Below are positions 20,376 through 29,857 of a stretch of 64,000 bases of DNA, piece after piece (position 1 is the stretch's first letter; the number at the start of each line of letters is the position of its first letter). The stretch is from NCBI GenBank assembly GCA_965246825.1, contig OZ251990.1, forward strand, positions 3,894,541-3,958,540, read 5' to 3'. The stretch comes from Chthonomonadaceae bacterium (GTDB taxonomy: Bacteria > Armatimonadota > Chthonomonadetes > Chthonomonadales > Chthonomonadaceae). Below the pieces are notes generated by a model that ran no database searches, had not been told where the DNA came from, and was given only the letters and a program-made list of their open reading frames with translations. The position numbers and the translations under genes are program-made.

Positions 20376-20987
20376 ATGCCGAGGCCCATTGGCTCACGCG
20401 AAAAAATCCTCCAGTGCGCAATGGAGCAGTTTCACCTTCGCGGCTACCGCGAAACAAGTGTGGATGACCTGCTGCGAGACTGCGGCGTAGCGAAAAGTAA
20501 TTTTTACTACCACTTTCGCACAAAAGAGGAACTTGCTCTTGCCACTCTGGAGTCTTACTATCAGAAACACGAAGCGCAGAGCCGCGCCCTTTTGCAGAGT
20601 TCTGAGGGAACACCGCTGACGCGCATCGTTCGGTATCTTGAGGCCGTAGTCCATTCGCAGCTGGAACCCGTGAAAGCAGGCTGCCCGTTTGGAAATTTCG
20701 CCTCCAGGCTGGTCTGCGAAAGCCAGTTGTCCGGGGGAGAGATCGAAAAACAAGCCGCCCTGCGAAAATCGCTCGCACAGTTTTTCGAGAAGATCGAAGC
20801 GGAATTGGTGCCCTGTCTGCTGGAAGGACAAACGCAGGGCGAAATTCGAAATGATCTTTCCGAGAGAGCTTTGGCCGCTCTTATTCTCGCTTCCCTGCAG
20901 GGATGGATGATCTTGGCGAAAGTGAGAACCGATCTGAAATCTGCCGAAGAAAATATCAAGAATTTATCGAAAATTCTTAAAAAATGA
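20376..20987 (+). CDS. TetR/AcrR-family transcriptional regulator
   Basis: REKILQCAMEQFHLRGYRETSVDDLLRDCGVAKSNFYYHF is a TetR HTH. Start at ATG 20376. Confidence 0.8.
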   Translation: MPRPIGSREKILQCAMEQFHLRGYRETSVDDLLRDCGVAKSNFYYHFRTKEELALATLESYYQKHEAQSRALLQSSEGTPLTRIVRYLEAVVHSQLEPVKAGCPFGNFASRLVCESQLSGGEIEKQAALRKSLAQFFEKIEAELVPCLLEGQTQGEIRNDLSERALAALILASLQGWMILAKVRTDLKSAEENIKNLSKILKK

Positions 20988-21212
20988 CCCGAAGTCACGA
21001 AACTAACACCGTTTTGTTACGTCTAATTGAGTATAAGTCAACAAGTAAAGAAAACCATACGCAACTCAGGGGAACAAAGTTCGCTTCCCGTTAGTTAAGG
21101 ATGGTACGCAGCTGCGAAACGCAAAATGCAGAGTAAAGAAGCCCTGCCGGAGCCGCCCAGAGCGACCCCCGTTCCACTACGCCAACAGGTAGAAGAGAAG
21201 AGAGGGAAAGCC

Positions 21213-21869
21213 ATGAAAACCGAGATTTTAACCGATACCACCCTTGCCGCCACCCTGCCCAACGCTCCGGCCACCGTGTCCGACCGACGCGAGTTCACCC
21301 GGTTGATGGAGCGCACGCAGCGGCAGGCTTACAATATGGCCTATCGCATGACCGGCAACCGCGACGATGCCGAAGACCTCACGCAAGAGGCTTATCTTCG
21401 CGCCTATCGTTCTTTTGCCACCTACAACCGTCAGCTGCCGTTTGAGAGCTGGTTTTTCCGTATTCTCTCGAACCTGTTCATTGATCTGCTGCGCCGACGA
21501 CCGAAACAAAAGCCGCTTTCGCTCGATCAGCCGATGGGGGATGACGACGGCGACGACAACCTGCTGATGCAGATTCAGGACGACACGGCTAACCCGGAGC
21601 GCAATCTGATGGAGCAGGTAATGGACGAAAAACTCCAGGGTGCGCTTGCGACCCTGCCGGAAACCTTCCGCACCGCCGTGCTGCTTTGTGATGTCGAAGG
21701 GCTTTCCTACGAGGAGATTGCGGCTCGCATGAACTCCAGCATCGGCACCGTGCGCTCCCGTATTCACCGGGGCCGCCTGCTGCTTCGCCAAGCGATGAAT
21801 GCCGGGGCCGAAACCAAAGGCCGCCGCCGACGCGCTGTGCCGGAAACGCTGAAGCTGCAAACCGCGTAA
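21213..21869 (+). CDS. ECF-type RNA polymerase sigma factor
   Basis: Region 2 (DAEDLTQEAYLRAYRSF) and region 4 (LCDVEGLSYEEIAARMNSSIGTVRSRIHRGR). AGAGGGAAAG ribosome-binding site before ATG 21213. Confidence 0.8.
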   Translation: MKTEILTDTTLAATLPNAPATVSDRREFTRLMERTQRQAYNMAYRMTGNRDDAEDLTQEAYLRAYRSFATYNRQLPFESWFFRILSNLFIDLLRRRPKQKPLSLDQPMGDDDGDDNLLMQIQDDTANPERNLMEQVMDEKLQGALATLPETFRTAVLLCDVEGLSYEEIAARMNSSIGTVRSRIHRGRLLLRQAMNAGAETKGRRRRAVPETLKLQTA

Positions 21870-22005
21870 TTGAACCACCGTGAGCCAGGGTGCAGGGGTG
21901 AGGGGTGAAACGAAATCCTCTCTGCCTCTGCACTCTTTTCTTGTTTTGAAGAAGCGTTGTTTTCAAGGGACTGTTTCGTTCTGTTTCGAGGAACATTTTC
22001 AACCT

Positions 22006-22812
22006 ATGCTGATTGATACTCACTGCCATTTTAATCACGAACGCCTCTCCGATGTGGACGACTGCCTGCGCCGTGCCGCTGAGGTCGGCGTAGAACAGAT
22101 GATCGTGGTTGGCTACAGCCTTGAAAGCAGTCGGAAGGCGGTTTCACTCGCTGCCGACTATCCCGGCGTGTTGTTTGCAGTGGTCGGGGTGCATCCGCTT
22201 GATGCAAAAGACTGGAACGAAAGCACAGAGGCCGAACTGCAAAGGATGTGCTCCGCCCCCTCGGTGGTTGCGGTCGGAGAGATCGGACTGGATTTTCATC
22301 ACAACTTTTCTTCGCGAGAGGCTCAGGAAACCGCGTTTCGGGCGCAGATGAAACTCGCCGGAGAGGTTGGGCTTCCGGTGGTGATTCACTGCCGCGAGGC
22401 CTACCCGGAAACGCTGCAAATCCTCAAGGACGAAGGCGTGGAGAGAACGGGCGGCGTGATGCATTGCTGGGCAGGAAGCCCGGAAGAAGCGGAGCAAACC
22501 GTTTCCCTGGGGATGTCGCTTGGCTTTGGCGGAACGCTGACGTTTAAGACCGCCGATTCGATCCGGGAAGCTGCTCGGCAAATCCCTGCCGAATTTCTCC
22601 TTCTGGAGACCGATGCCCCCTATCTTGCCCCGGTTCCCTATCGCGGCAAACGCAATGAACCCGCTTACACCGCTCTGGTCTCCGCTCAACTGGGGGAATT
22701 GCGCGGCGTCTCACCAGAAGAGACTGCCGGCTTGACCACCCGAAATGCCCGCCGATTGTTTACCCGTCTTTGTCCCCGCGCCCCAGCCGCACCACTCCCC
22801 AAAGCAGATTGA
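22006..22812 (+). CDS. TatD-family metal-dependent hydrolase/DNase
   Basis: MLIDTHCHFNHE start, plus the HCR... and ETDAPYL motifs. Confidence 0.85.
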   Translation: MLIDTHCHFNHERLSDVDDCLRRAAEVGVEQMIVVGYSLESSRKAVSLAADYPGVLFAVVGVHPLDAKDWNESTEAELQRMCSAPSVVAVGEIGLDFHHNFSSREAQETAFRAQMKLAGEVGLPVVIHCREAYPETLQILKDEGVERTGGVMHCWAGSPEEAEQTVSLGMSLGFGGTLTFKTADSIREAARQIPAEFLLLETDAPYLAPVPYRGKRNEPAYTALVSAQLGELRGVSPEETAGLTTRNARRLFTRLCPRAPAAPLPKAD

Positions 22813-24787
22813 CCACATCGTCGCGGTAGATGTCGGTATGGGCTCCGCCAGAGAGCGGCGGCCCCTCGAACTCGATGTGGCTTGCATCTAAGTTCAGCAC
22901 ATACCGTTCCGTTCCGGCCCTGATTGGCTCGGGGGGGGGATCGAAATGCGGCGGCTTCACCAGGGTGGCGAACGTGCCGTTTTTTCCGTAGCTTCTGACC
23001 CCTGCCTGAAGCTTGTCGCCCAAAAACCACCCTACACTGCCGCACGCAAGCCGTCCCCCAAAGCCGAAAGGATAGATATAGCCCGTTGCCGTATCGTAGC
23101 GCGTGTAAACCGCTCCCAAAACCCGGATACGCTTTTGCACCGTTTCTTCGGGAACAAACCAGGCACTGCTCATGGCCCCCTGAAGGGTGCAAACCGTTGA
23201 AAACGGAGTGGTTTCCTCCCCTCCGAACTGGAGCGCGTAAGCCGGGTGCAAAGCCATTTTTCGCACCGCATTGCAAATCACCATTCCCCCGAAACTGTGC
23301 CCGATCAGATGAATTTTCGTTCGGTTCGGCTTGACTCCGCTTTCGCCGACCAGGGACACGAGAAAGTCGGCAAGCCGTCCGCCGGTTTCTGCTCCCAGCC
23401 GCTGCATCTCGGCAACGGCCAGCTGCTGATCTAAGGCGGAGGTCAATCGGTAGAGCAGGCTGTCGTTGGCGGAAGCTTTCATCGCCAGACGATTGGGCCA
23501 GCGAGCGATCCCGATAATCTTTTCTCGCGGAGTGATCGGGATTTCGTTTTCTCCGGCTTCTGAAGCGAGTTCGCCCTCTGTTTTCCACTTCCGAGGGTCT
23601 TGACGCTCATTCCAGAGCAGAACTCCCTTCAGCCTCTCGCCGAAGAGATAAGTGACCAAACAGAAACAAACGACGACCACAGCCGGAGGGACAAACAAAA
23701 CCACCCAGGCAGCGAAACTTAAAACGGGAATTCCGCGATTTTTACGCACTTCCGGCGTTTGGAGGTATTGATCTCGGTGTTTTCCGGCAATCACCAGATA
23801 AAACCACTCCAGAAGATAGAAGCCGACCAATCCGGCCAGAATCAATAAACCGTTTTGGTGTGAAAACCAGTTGGAAAGCGGCGTCAGCCATTTTCCCAAA
23901 AACCCCAGCATCGCGAAGGGGCCGACGGCAGCGGCAGTCAGGGAGGCTCCGATTCCGATAAGCCGCCCCGCCGCCTTTCGCATCGGAAGCACCTCCCGCG
24001 TTTCCTCGTTTTGATCGGTAAGCAGCCCTGTTGGTTCGGCTTCGTTGTAGCACCGCCAGAGCACCGCCACTTTTTCATCGGGGGTGAGATCGGTAGGAGA
24101 GTCTTTGATCCGATAGTTCTGGAGGCAGGCGTAGAGTTTGGAGGAGCGGGAAGCGTAAACGGGATTGTTCAGGGCATCGGTTCCAGGCGAAGCCAGTTCG
24201 GTGAGCAGGGCGTACATCTCCTCGAAATCGGTGGTGAAAAAACCGAGGGCAGGGTCGAGCGGCTCGAACAAGGCCCCTGCGTTTTGCAGAAACAGCGGCT
24301 TTTTCCGACGTCCGGCGGGGTCGTAAAATTCGTTGGCTCCGGGATCGGAATGCCAGTGGGCAAACAAAAACAGCGGATTGAAAGGAGGATCGGGGTCGGT
24401 CTGAAGACGGCGGCGATGCAGCAGAATTGCGGCGCGGCTCATTATGCGGTCATAGCCTGCATATGCCTGATAGAAATTTCGATGCCAGCCATGACTGATG
24501 ATGAACACATCGGTAACGGGAGTCGGCTGGGTTTCCATCCAGGCTTGGATCCGTTTTCGCGCATCCTTCACCAGCCGGTCGGGATCGCCGTTCGGGAGCG
24601 GATCAAGCGGAACCAGGAAATAGGGGCGGTTAAAGCGCAGGTCACCAAGGGGGGAAACCGGGGCCGCTTTCGAGGGAGAGGCTTCCGACTTTAGGGCGTC
24701 CAGCGATTTCGACGGTGGAGGAGGCGGGGCTTGAGGCCCGACCCGGAACTTGGGGTCGTTCTGAGCAGGAGGGGAGGTGACTTCCAA
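22760..24787 (-). CDS. membrane-embedded alpha/beta-hydrolase-fold protein (lipase/esterase-like, GxSxG)
   Basis: N-terminal oxyanion-type FIISHGWH, a central block of ~4 TM helices, and a C-terminal HLIGHSFGG nucleophile elbow. The 5' end is uncertain: the maximal ORF reaches 24946 but would overlap the upstream HAD gene. The first candidate start after that is TTG 24787. Confidence 0.45.
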   Translation of the reverse strand: MEVTSPPAQNDPKFRVGPQAPPPPPSKSLDALKSEASPSKAAPVSPLGDLRFNRPYFLVPLDPLPNGDPDRLVKDARKRIQAWMETQPTPVTDVFIISHGWHRNFYQAYAGYDRIMSRAAILLHRRRLQTDPDPPFNPLFLFAHWHSDPGANEFYDPAGRRKKPLFLQNAGALFEPLDPALGFFTTDFEEMYALLTELASPGTDALNNPVYASRSSKLYACLQNYRIKDSPTDLTPDEKVAVLWRCYNEAEPTGLLTDQNEETREVLPMRKAAGRLIGIGASLTAAAVGPFAMLGFLGKWLTPLSNWFSHQNGLLILAGLVGFYLLEWFYLVIAGKHRDQYLQTPEVRKNRGIPVLSFAAWVVLFVPPAVVVVCFCLVTYLFGERLKGVLLWNERQDPRKWKTEGELASEAGENEIPITPREKIIGIARWPNRLAMKASANDSLLYRLTSALDQQLAVAEMQRLGAETGGRLADFLVSLVGESGVKPNRTKIHLIGHSFGGMVICNAVRKMALHPAYALQFGGEETTPFSTVCTLQGAMSSAWFVPEETVQKRIRVLGAVYTRYDTATGYIYPFGFGGRLACGSVGWFLGDKLQAGVRSYGKNGTFATLVKPPHFDPPPEPIRAGTERYVLNLDASHIEFEGPPLSGGAHTDIYRDDVVNLLWGVVRLGRGDKDG

Positions 24788-24857
24788 GGTGATTCGCTTT
24801 CTCCCGGTTTCTGCCGGGGGAAAAAACCGGGCCGAGCGAACGAAGACCCCCGAAACG

Positions 24858-25511
24858 CTAAAACGTAAAGCGGGTAAAGTCCGGCTCGACCGCGATGACG
24901 TGGGGGATGCCCTGCACCTCCGGCGCGGCGAGACTGGTGGTGACAACGGCAGCTTTCATTCCAGCGCGGCGGGCGGCTTCGATCCCGGCAGGTGCGTCCT
25001 CAAAGACCAGACAGGATTGCGGCGGGACGCCCAGCAGTTCCGCACACTTGAGGAAAATATCGGGAAACGGTTTGCCCACTGGAACGAGGTGATTGCCGAC
25101 CACCGCATCGAAGACGGTTTCAAGGCCCAGCCTGCCCAGAATGAATTCGATATTTTTTTCGTTGGCGGCGGTTCCGAGGGCGAGTTTTTTTCCTTCTGCT
25201 TTGGCCTTTTCAAGAAACTCCTTCAGTCCGGCAACGGGGGCGAGATGCGGCGCGTAGAGTTCCCGGTAGTGGTCTTCTTTGCGCTCGCCCGCCTCCAGAA
25301 TTTCCGCGTCGCTCATTTGCGGGTGGACATACTGCCGCAGAATTTCGCCGTTGATTTTCCCGGAGGTGTCGCGCATGAATTCGTCGGGGCTGATTTCAAG
25401 ACCGTACCCGGCGAGCAGTTTGACCCAGGCGCGGGTGTGAAAGGGCATATTGTCCACCAGCGTTCCGTCCATGTCGAAGATATAGGCCGAGAAGGAGAAA
25501 ACGGAGTTCAT
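24858..25511 (-). CDS. HAD-superfamily hydrolase (subfamily IA, beta-phosphoglucomutase-like)
   Basis: Motif I YIFDMDGTLVDN, plus downstream K and DD motifs. Confidence 0.8.
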   Translation of the reverse strand: MNSVFSFSAYIFDMDGTLVDNMPFHTRAWVKLLAGYGLEISPDEFMRDTSGKINGEILRQYVHPQMSDAEILEAGERKEDHYRELYAPHLAPVAGLKEFLEKAKAEGKKLALGTAANEKNIEFILGRLGLETVFDAVVGNHLVPVGKPFPDIFLKCAELLGVPPQSCLVFEDAPAGIEAARRAGMKAAVVTTSLAAPEVQGIPHVIAVEPDFTRFTF

Positions 25512-26494
25512 GGGGAGTTCTGTGCCTTTTTTGCGGTGAGCTGCGCGTCGGTCATGCAGACGATATAGGTGACGAGTGCGAAAACAATGAGCATCGAAAG
25601 GTTGCCGAAGCCGCCGCCGCGATGCCGCCCCGTAAATCCGAAAGCAGACCAGCCGAGCAGATAGGTGAAAAGTGCCGTCACGCTCAGAAAGAAAATCCCT
25701 TTTCCGGTTTCACCGTTGTAGATCTGTCCTGCGCCGGGGATCAGGGCGGACAGCAGCACGGCGACAAACGGGTTTCGAGTGGCGGCTTCGGGATCGTATT
25801 GCTCGAAATTCTGCTGCTGGGTGATGAGTTCGCCGTATTTGCGCTCGGCGGAGGCGCGGCGTGAGTCGGCTTGCACGGCACGGCGGTACGCCGCCAGTGC
25901 CTCATCCACCCGTCCGACCCCCTGAGCGATGTCACCAAGCAGTTCGAGTGCCCCGGCGTCTTTGGGGGCAAGGTCGAGAGCCGCCCGGCATTTCGCTTCG
26001 GCCTCCGAGTAAAGACCCCGTTTGCGGGCGAGGTTAGCGTCGCGCTGAAGGGATTCCGATTCGATCTTTTCGGGCAGGCTCGATTCGCGAAAGGGAGGAA
26101 AGTCGCGGGAGGCTTCCACAATCGCCGCTTCCTGAATTTCGGTTTTCTTTTCTTGCAGCTGCTGAGCCAGCTGGATCATTTCGGACTGCACCGACTGAGA
26201 GCGGGCTTTGGCGTTTTTGGGGTCGGGCTTGCGGGAAACAGAAGCGGGCGGAAGCGAAGCCGCAGCGGGGGGCAGGGCTGCTTCAGGGACGGGGAGCGGA
26301 AGCAGATCGGCATCATAGGTGCGCGACGAGGCATTAAGCAGACGCTGAATTTCGGGCGGCGTCATGCCGCGAGCCAGCAGTTCCGCCTCCAGTCTGCGCC
26401 GTCGGTCGGTGTCTGCCAGCATTGCATCGGCGTCCCCTGCCCCGTCGGGGGGCTTTTCGGAATTCGTTTCTAAAGGGCGTTTGGGTTCGCTCAC
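25508..26494 (-). CDS. TPR-repeat membrane protein (hypothetical)
   Basis: TPR-like repeats (AKCRAALDLAPKDAGALELLGDIAQ...) and two C-terminal TM helices. Overlaps the HAD start by 4 nt. Confidence 0.4.
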   Translation of the reverse strand: MSEPKRPLETNSEKPPDGAGDADAMLADTDRRRRLEAELLARGMTPPEIQRLLNASSRTYDADLLPLPVPEAALPPAAASLPPASVSRKPDPKNAKARSQSVQSEMIQLAQQLQEKKTEIQEAAIVEASRDFPPFRESSLPEKIESESLQRDANLARKRGLYSEAEAKCRAALDLAPKDAGALELLGDIAQGVGRVDEALAAYRRAVQADSRRASAERKYGELITQQQNFEQYDPEAATRNPFVAVLLSALIPGAGQIYNGETGKGIFFLSVTALFTYLLGWSAFGFTGRHRGGGFGNLSMLIVFALVTYIVCMTDAQLTAKKAQNSP

Positions 26495-26502
26495 CGGAAA
26501 GT

Positions 26503-27006
26503 TTACTCCCCATCGCCCTCATCATCGTCATCGGGCTGCAGATCGAAATCGCGCAGACTGCGGGAGGGGGCATCTGCCGGGTGGAGATCGAGGGGAAGCT
26601 GAGGCGCGTCTTTCCAGAGTTCCTCAATGCGGTAGAACTGCCGCTGCTCCTCGGCCATGATGTGCACCACCACGTCGCCGTAATCCATCAAAATCCAGGT
26701 TGCTTCCTGATAGCCTTCGATCCGAAGCTTTCGGTAGCCTTCGTCGCGGAGTCGGTCTTCGATGCGGTCGGCAATGGCTCGAATTTGAATGCCGGAGTTT
26801 CCCGTACAGATCAGAAAAAAGTCGGTGACAATCGTCAGTTCGCGCAGATCGAGGGCCACTAGATCAACGGCGCGAACGGCATCTGCGGCTTCCGCCATCA
26901 AACGCACTTTTTCCTCGGAGTCGAACTCCTCTTCAATGTCTTCGGTCTCGAATTCCTCGGTTTCATCCAGGTTGGCGGGTTCTTCAATCAATTCCAGGTT
27001 GTTCAT
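26503..27006 (-). CDS. rsfS: ribosomal silencing factor RsfS (Iojap family)
   Basis: LVALDLRELTIVTDFFLICTGNSGIQIRAIADRI...HIM. Overlaps nadD by 4 nt, as in the conserved nadD-rsfS pair. Confidence 0.8.
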   Translation of the reverse strand: MNNLELIEEPANLDETEEFETEDIEEEFDSEEKVRLMAEAADAVRAVDLVALDLRELTIVTDFFLICTGNSGIQIRAIADRIEDRLRDEGYRKLRIEGYQEATWILMDYGDVVVHIMAEEQRQFYRIEELWKDAPQLPLDLHPADAPSRSLRDFDLQPDDDDEGDGE

Positions 27007-27611
27007 ACGGTTTCTTTCTCCGGGCGATAGAGGCGTGTTTTCTCGATATAGTCGCGCACGGCCTCCGGGAGCAGATAGCGGGTGGCTTTTCCTTCCCGAA
27101 AGCGGCGGCGCAGATCGGTCGAGGAAATTCCCAGCCAGGTGGTTTCAATGGGATGGATTCGTTTTCGGTACTCGGCGGGCAGGCGCGTTTCCAGCACGCT
27201 CATCTCAAAACCGGGCCGGGTGGAGGCGATAAACTCCGCGAGTTCGATCACTTCTTCGTGCCGCCGCCAGGTGAGAATATCGGCGACGGCATCCACGCCA
27301 GTGATGTAGAATAATTGCGCGGCGGGAAGCTGCATTCTCAGTTCGCGCAGTGTCTCTACGGTATACGAGAGACCTCCGCGATCTATTTCCAGAGCGGAAC
27401 AGAAAAATTCGGGATGGCTCTGAATTCCGAGTTTCACCATTTCGAGCCGATGATGGGCCGGGGTTACGGTTTCACCGGTTTTGTGCGGAGGCTGCCCATT
27501 GGGAACAAAGAGCACCTGATCGAGCGAAAACCGCTGCCGGGCCTCCTCTCCGATAAAGAGGTGACCGTAGTGGATCGGATCGAAGGTTCCCCCCACAATT
27601 CCCAGCCTCAT
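27003..27611 (-). CDS. nadD: nicotinate-nucleotide adenylyltransferase
   Basis: MRLGIVGGTFDPIHYGHL start, with ATG at 27611. Confidence 0.8.
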   Translation of the reverse strand: MRLGIVGGTFDPIHYGHLFIGEEARQRFSLDQVLFVPNGQPPHKTGETVTPAHHRLEMVKLGIQSHPEFFCSALEIDRGGLSYTVETLRELRMQLPAAQLFYITGVDAVADILTWRRHEEVIELAEFIASTRPGFEMSVLETRLPAEYRKRIHPIETTWLGISSTDLRRRFREGKATRYLLPEAVRDYIEKTRLYRPEKETV

Positions 27612-27678
27612 GGCATTCCACCTCCGTAAGTTTGCGAAAAGCGAAAAGCGAAAAGCGGTTCTCCGCTTTTGCCGCCGA

Positions 27679-29157
27679 TCATCGGCCCCATTCCAAAAGG
27701 CGAATGCCGGTTCGGTCAATCCCTACCCCGGCCACACTGGTGTCCACACTCAGCGCAAGCCGACCGAGCGGTGCTCCGTTCAGCAGGACAGTGAGGCGGG
27801 AAAGCGGCAGAGCCAGTTCGAGCGTGTTCCCGGAAACAGCGGTTTGAATGCCGAGGAGGGGAAAGGGACGCCGGTTTTGCACGGTAAAGCCAAGGGCGGA
27901 ACCCGGCGATTCGCCCTTGAAGCCAAAAGGACGCAGCACCACATAAAAGCGGGCGCGGGAGGAAAGTTCGGTTCGGGTGTCCACCCGCAGATAGAGCGTG
28001 CTCAGGTCGTGGCAGACATAAACTGCCTTTACGTCGGCTCCTCCCTGCATCGAGCGAACAAGATTATCTTCCACCGGGTCTACCAGCGCGGGCGGGATTC
28101 GGTTCCAGTCGCCGGGGCTGGCTTTGGCGGGCAGGGTTCCGTTCGGAACCCAGGGAACGGAGGAGGCTCGTATCTGCCCATAAATCTCGTTTGCCGTTAC
28201 GAAGCCGCTTAAAAACCGCTCCATCATCACCGTCTGCGAGGCATAAAGAGAAATCGCTTTTGCTTTGTGCTCGCTCTGCGCGGGGGTCAGGAGAAGGCGG
28301 TTCCACTGTGTGTCCTGCCCGCGCATGGCCGGGGGCGGAGCCAGTGCCTCCTCGTTTCCGCGTCCGCCGGGCTTGGGAGGCCAGTCGCCCCGGTGAACGA
28401 GATAATGGAGAAGGCGGATCGGTTTGGCCCAGGCGGAGGAGGCAGGATCGTCCTGGAGCTCGGCGAGGGCCAGCTGCACAAAGGCGGCGGCGGCGGCATG
28501 GTCGGAGTGATCTTCCTCCGGGTGCGTCACCGTGATAAGTGTGGGGCGAAATTCGGCGATGGCCCGCTTTACATCTTCCGTTACATTCTGGCCGGTGTAG
28601 ACCGTTCCCGGATGAAAACAGTCCCGGTAAGGCGAGGCGGTGCGCCGGGTGAAGGCGGAGGCAAAGGGCGGAGCGGAAGTCCAATTTGAGTTCCACAGGG
28701 CAAGCAGGCCGCCATCCGGGTAGCCGAGAAATTGAGCGGCATCGGCGGGCACACCCAGGGAATGAAGTGCAGTCCCGCTCTCGCTCTGGCGCAGGGTTCC
28801 GAAACGGATGTAATCGGCGGGTTCGAGGCGCAGGCGGCGGGCGGCGTGCTGAACTCCGGCGGGAAAGCCGTCGCCATTGGTGAAGATCACGGCCTTCACG
28901 GTTCCCCCGGTTTCTCGCGTCTTCTGGATCAATCCGGCACTGCCCAGCGTTTCATCATCGGGATGCGGGGCAAATACAAGCAGACGAGTTTCGCGGGTGG
29001 GAGAGGGGAGCAGCGGCAGCGGCGGCTGATCGGCCAGCGAACGATTGAGCGACCGCTGATGGGCATAAAAGGCGGCTTCTGCCGAGCCGAAGTAGACACA
29101 AAACAGAGCCGCTCCGAAGGTGACACTGCGGAGAACCAGCCGAACGTGAGGACGCAA
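27679..29157 (-). CDS. PIG-L/LmbE-family N-acetylglucosaminyl deacetylase with ~250-aa C-terminal extension
   Basis: VFAPHPDDETLGSAG. N-terminal TM helix. The maximal ORF (to 29304) overlaps tRNA-Ser, so the start was moved to TTG 29157. Confidence 0.55.
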   Translation of the reverse strand: MRPHVRLVLRSVTFGAALFCVYFGSAEAAFYAHQRSLNRSLADQPPLPLLPSPTRETRLLVFAPHPDDETLGSAGLIQKTRETGGTVKAVIFTNGDGFPAGVQHAARRLRLEPADYIRFGTLRQSESGTALHSLGVPADAAQFLGYPDGGLLALWNSNWTSAPPFASAFTRRTASPYRDCFHPGTVYTGQNVTEDVKRAIAEFRPTLITVTHPEEDHSDHAAAAAFVQLALAELQDDPASSAWAKPIRLLHYLVHRGDWPPKPGGRGNEEALAPPPAMRGQDTQWNRLLLTPAQSEHKAKAISLYASQTVMMERFLSGFVTANEIYGQIRASSVPWVPNGTLPAKASPGDWNRIPPALVDPVEDNLVRSMQGGADVKAVYVCHDLSTLYLRVDTRTELSSRARFYVVLRPFGFKGESPGSALGFTVQNRRPFPLLGIQTAVSGNTLELALPLSRLTVLLNGAPLGRLALSVDTSVAGVGIDRTGIRLLEWGR

Positions 29158-29248
29158 TTTCCGTGAAAGGGGCAATCGGCACTCCAGAGGAGGGATCAGG
29201 GGGCGGAAGAAAACCCATCCCTGACGCTTCCCCTCCTCCCTGCAAGAG

Positions 29249-29337
29249 CGGAGTGATAGGGATTCGAACCCTAGATAGGGGATTAGCCTATACACGATTT
29301 CCAATCGTGCTCCTTAGACCAACTCGGACATCACTCC
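29249..29337 (-). tRNA. tRNA-Ser (anticodon GGA), type II with long variable arm
   Basis: Minus-strand sequence GGAGTGATGTCCGAGTTGGTCTAAGGAGCACGATTGGAAATCGTG...GGGTTCGAATCCCTATCACTCCG. It has a 7-bp acceptor stem, a 3-bp D stem, anticodon loop TTGGAAA and a long variable arm. Confidence 0.75.
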
Positions 29338-29455
29338 CGGCAACGACCCTCCCTATGAGAGGGAGGGTCGTGACAACGAGGTTCAGTATAGCACGACGCA
29401 TCCGGGTCTGTCAACGATGAAATTGTCAGAATTCTCTTTCCTGTCCCTCCGCTCT

Positions 29456-29500
29456 GTTTCATTCAAGCACTGCCTTCGGGGGAACCCGCTTGAATGAAAC
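29456..29500. repeat. palindromic element, GTTTCATTCAA-core family (copy 1)
   Basis: GTTTCATTCAAGC-19 nt-GCTTGAATGAAAC is a perfect 13-bp inverted repeat. The core is shared with the elements at 29683..29738 and 30883..30938. Confidence 0.6.
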
Positions 29501-29682
29501 TTTATCAACTGGGCATCAGGCAGGAGAGGGCAGCGATGATACGGCACTGCAGCCAAGAGCGCGGGCTTGGGTTTTGCGGAGAAGGAGAAATCGCTCTTCT
29601 TCAACACACCGTCAGCGTTCTTAGGCAAATTTCGTCCTGGCGTTCTCGGCGTTTGCAGCGGTTCTCCTCCCTGCTCTTTGGT

Positions 29683-29738
29683 GATTTCAATTCTTCAAGC
29701 AGGTCTTTTCCCTAGAGGATCTTGAGATTGAATGAAAC
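29683..29738. repeat. palindromic element, same family (imperfect copy 2)
   Basis: TTTCAATTCTTCAAG ... CTTGAGATTGAATGAAAC is an imperfect inverted repeat that carries the GATTGAATGAAAC arm. Confidence 0.4.
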
Positions 29739-29857
29739 GGGAAAGCACCCGGGGGGTGGTTTGGGTTGAGAGTTTGCTCTTGAAGCGGGTAGAATGTCAG
29801 GGTATCCTAATGAGTATCAAATAGAATCGTTTTTTTCAGGGGATGAGGAGTGAAATC

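Noticed and set aside
21069-21092. ECF-type promoter GGAAC...CGTT upstream of the ECF sigma gene
   Set aside because: Spacing between the AAC and CGT elements is ~13 nt rather than the ~16-17 nt typical of ECF promoters, so it was not called.
22686-23588. 300-aa Arg-rich minus-strand ORF
   Set aside because: Overlaps the alpha/beta-hydrolase gene in another frame. Extreme Arg/Gly/Ser composition typical of GC-rich off-frame translation.
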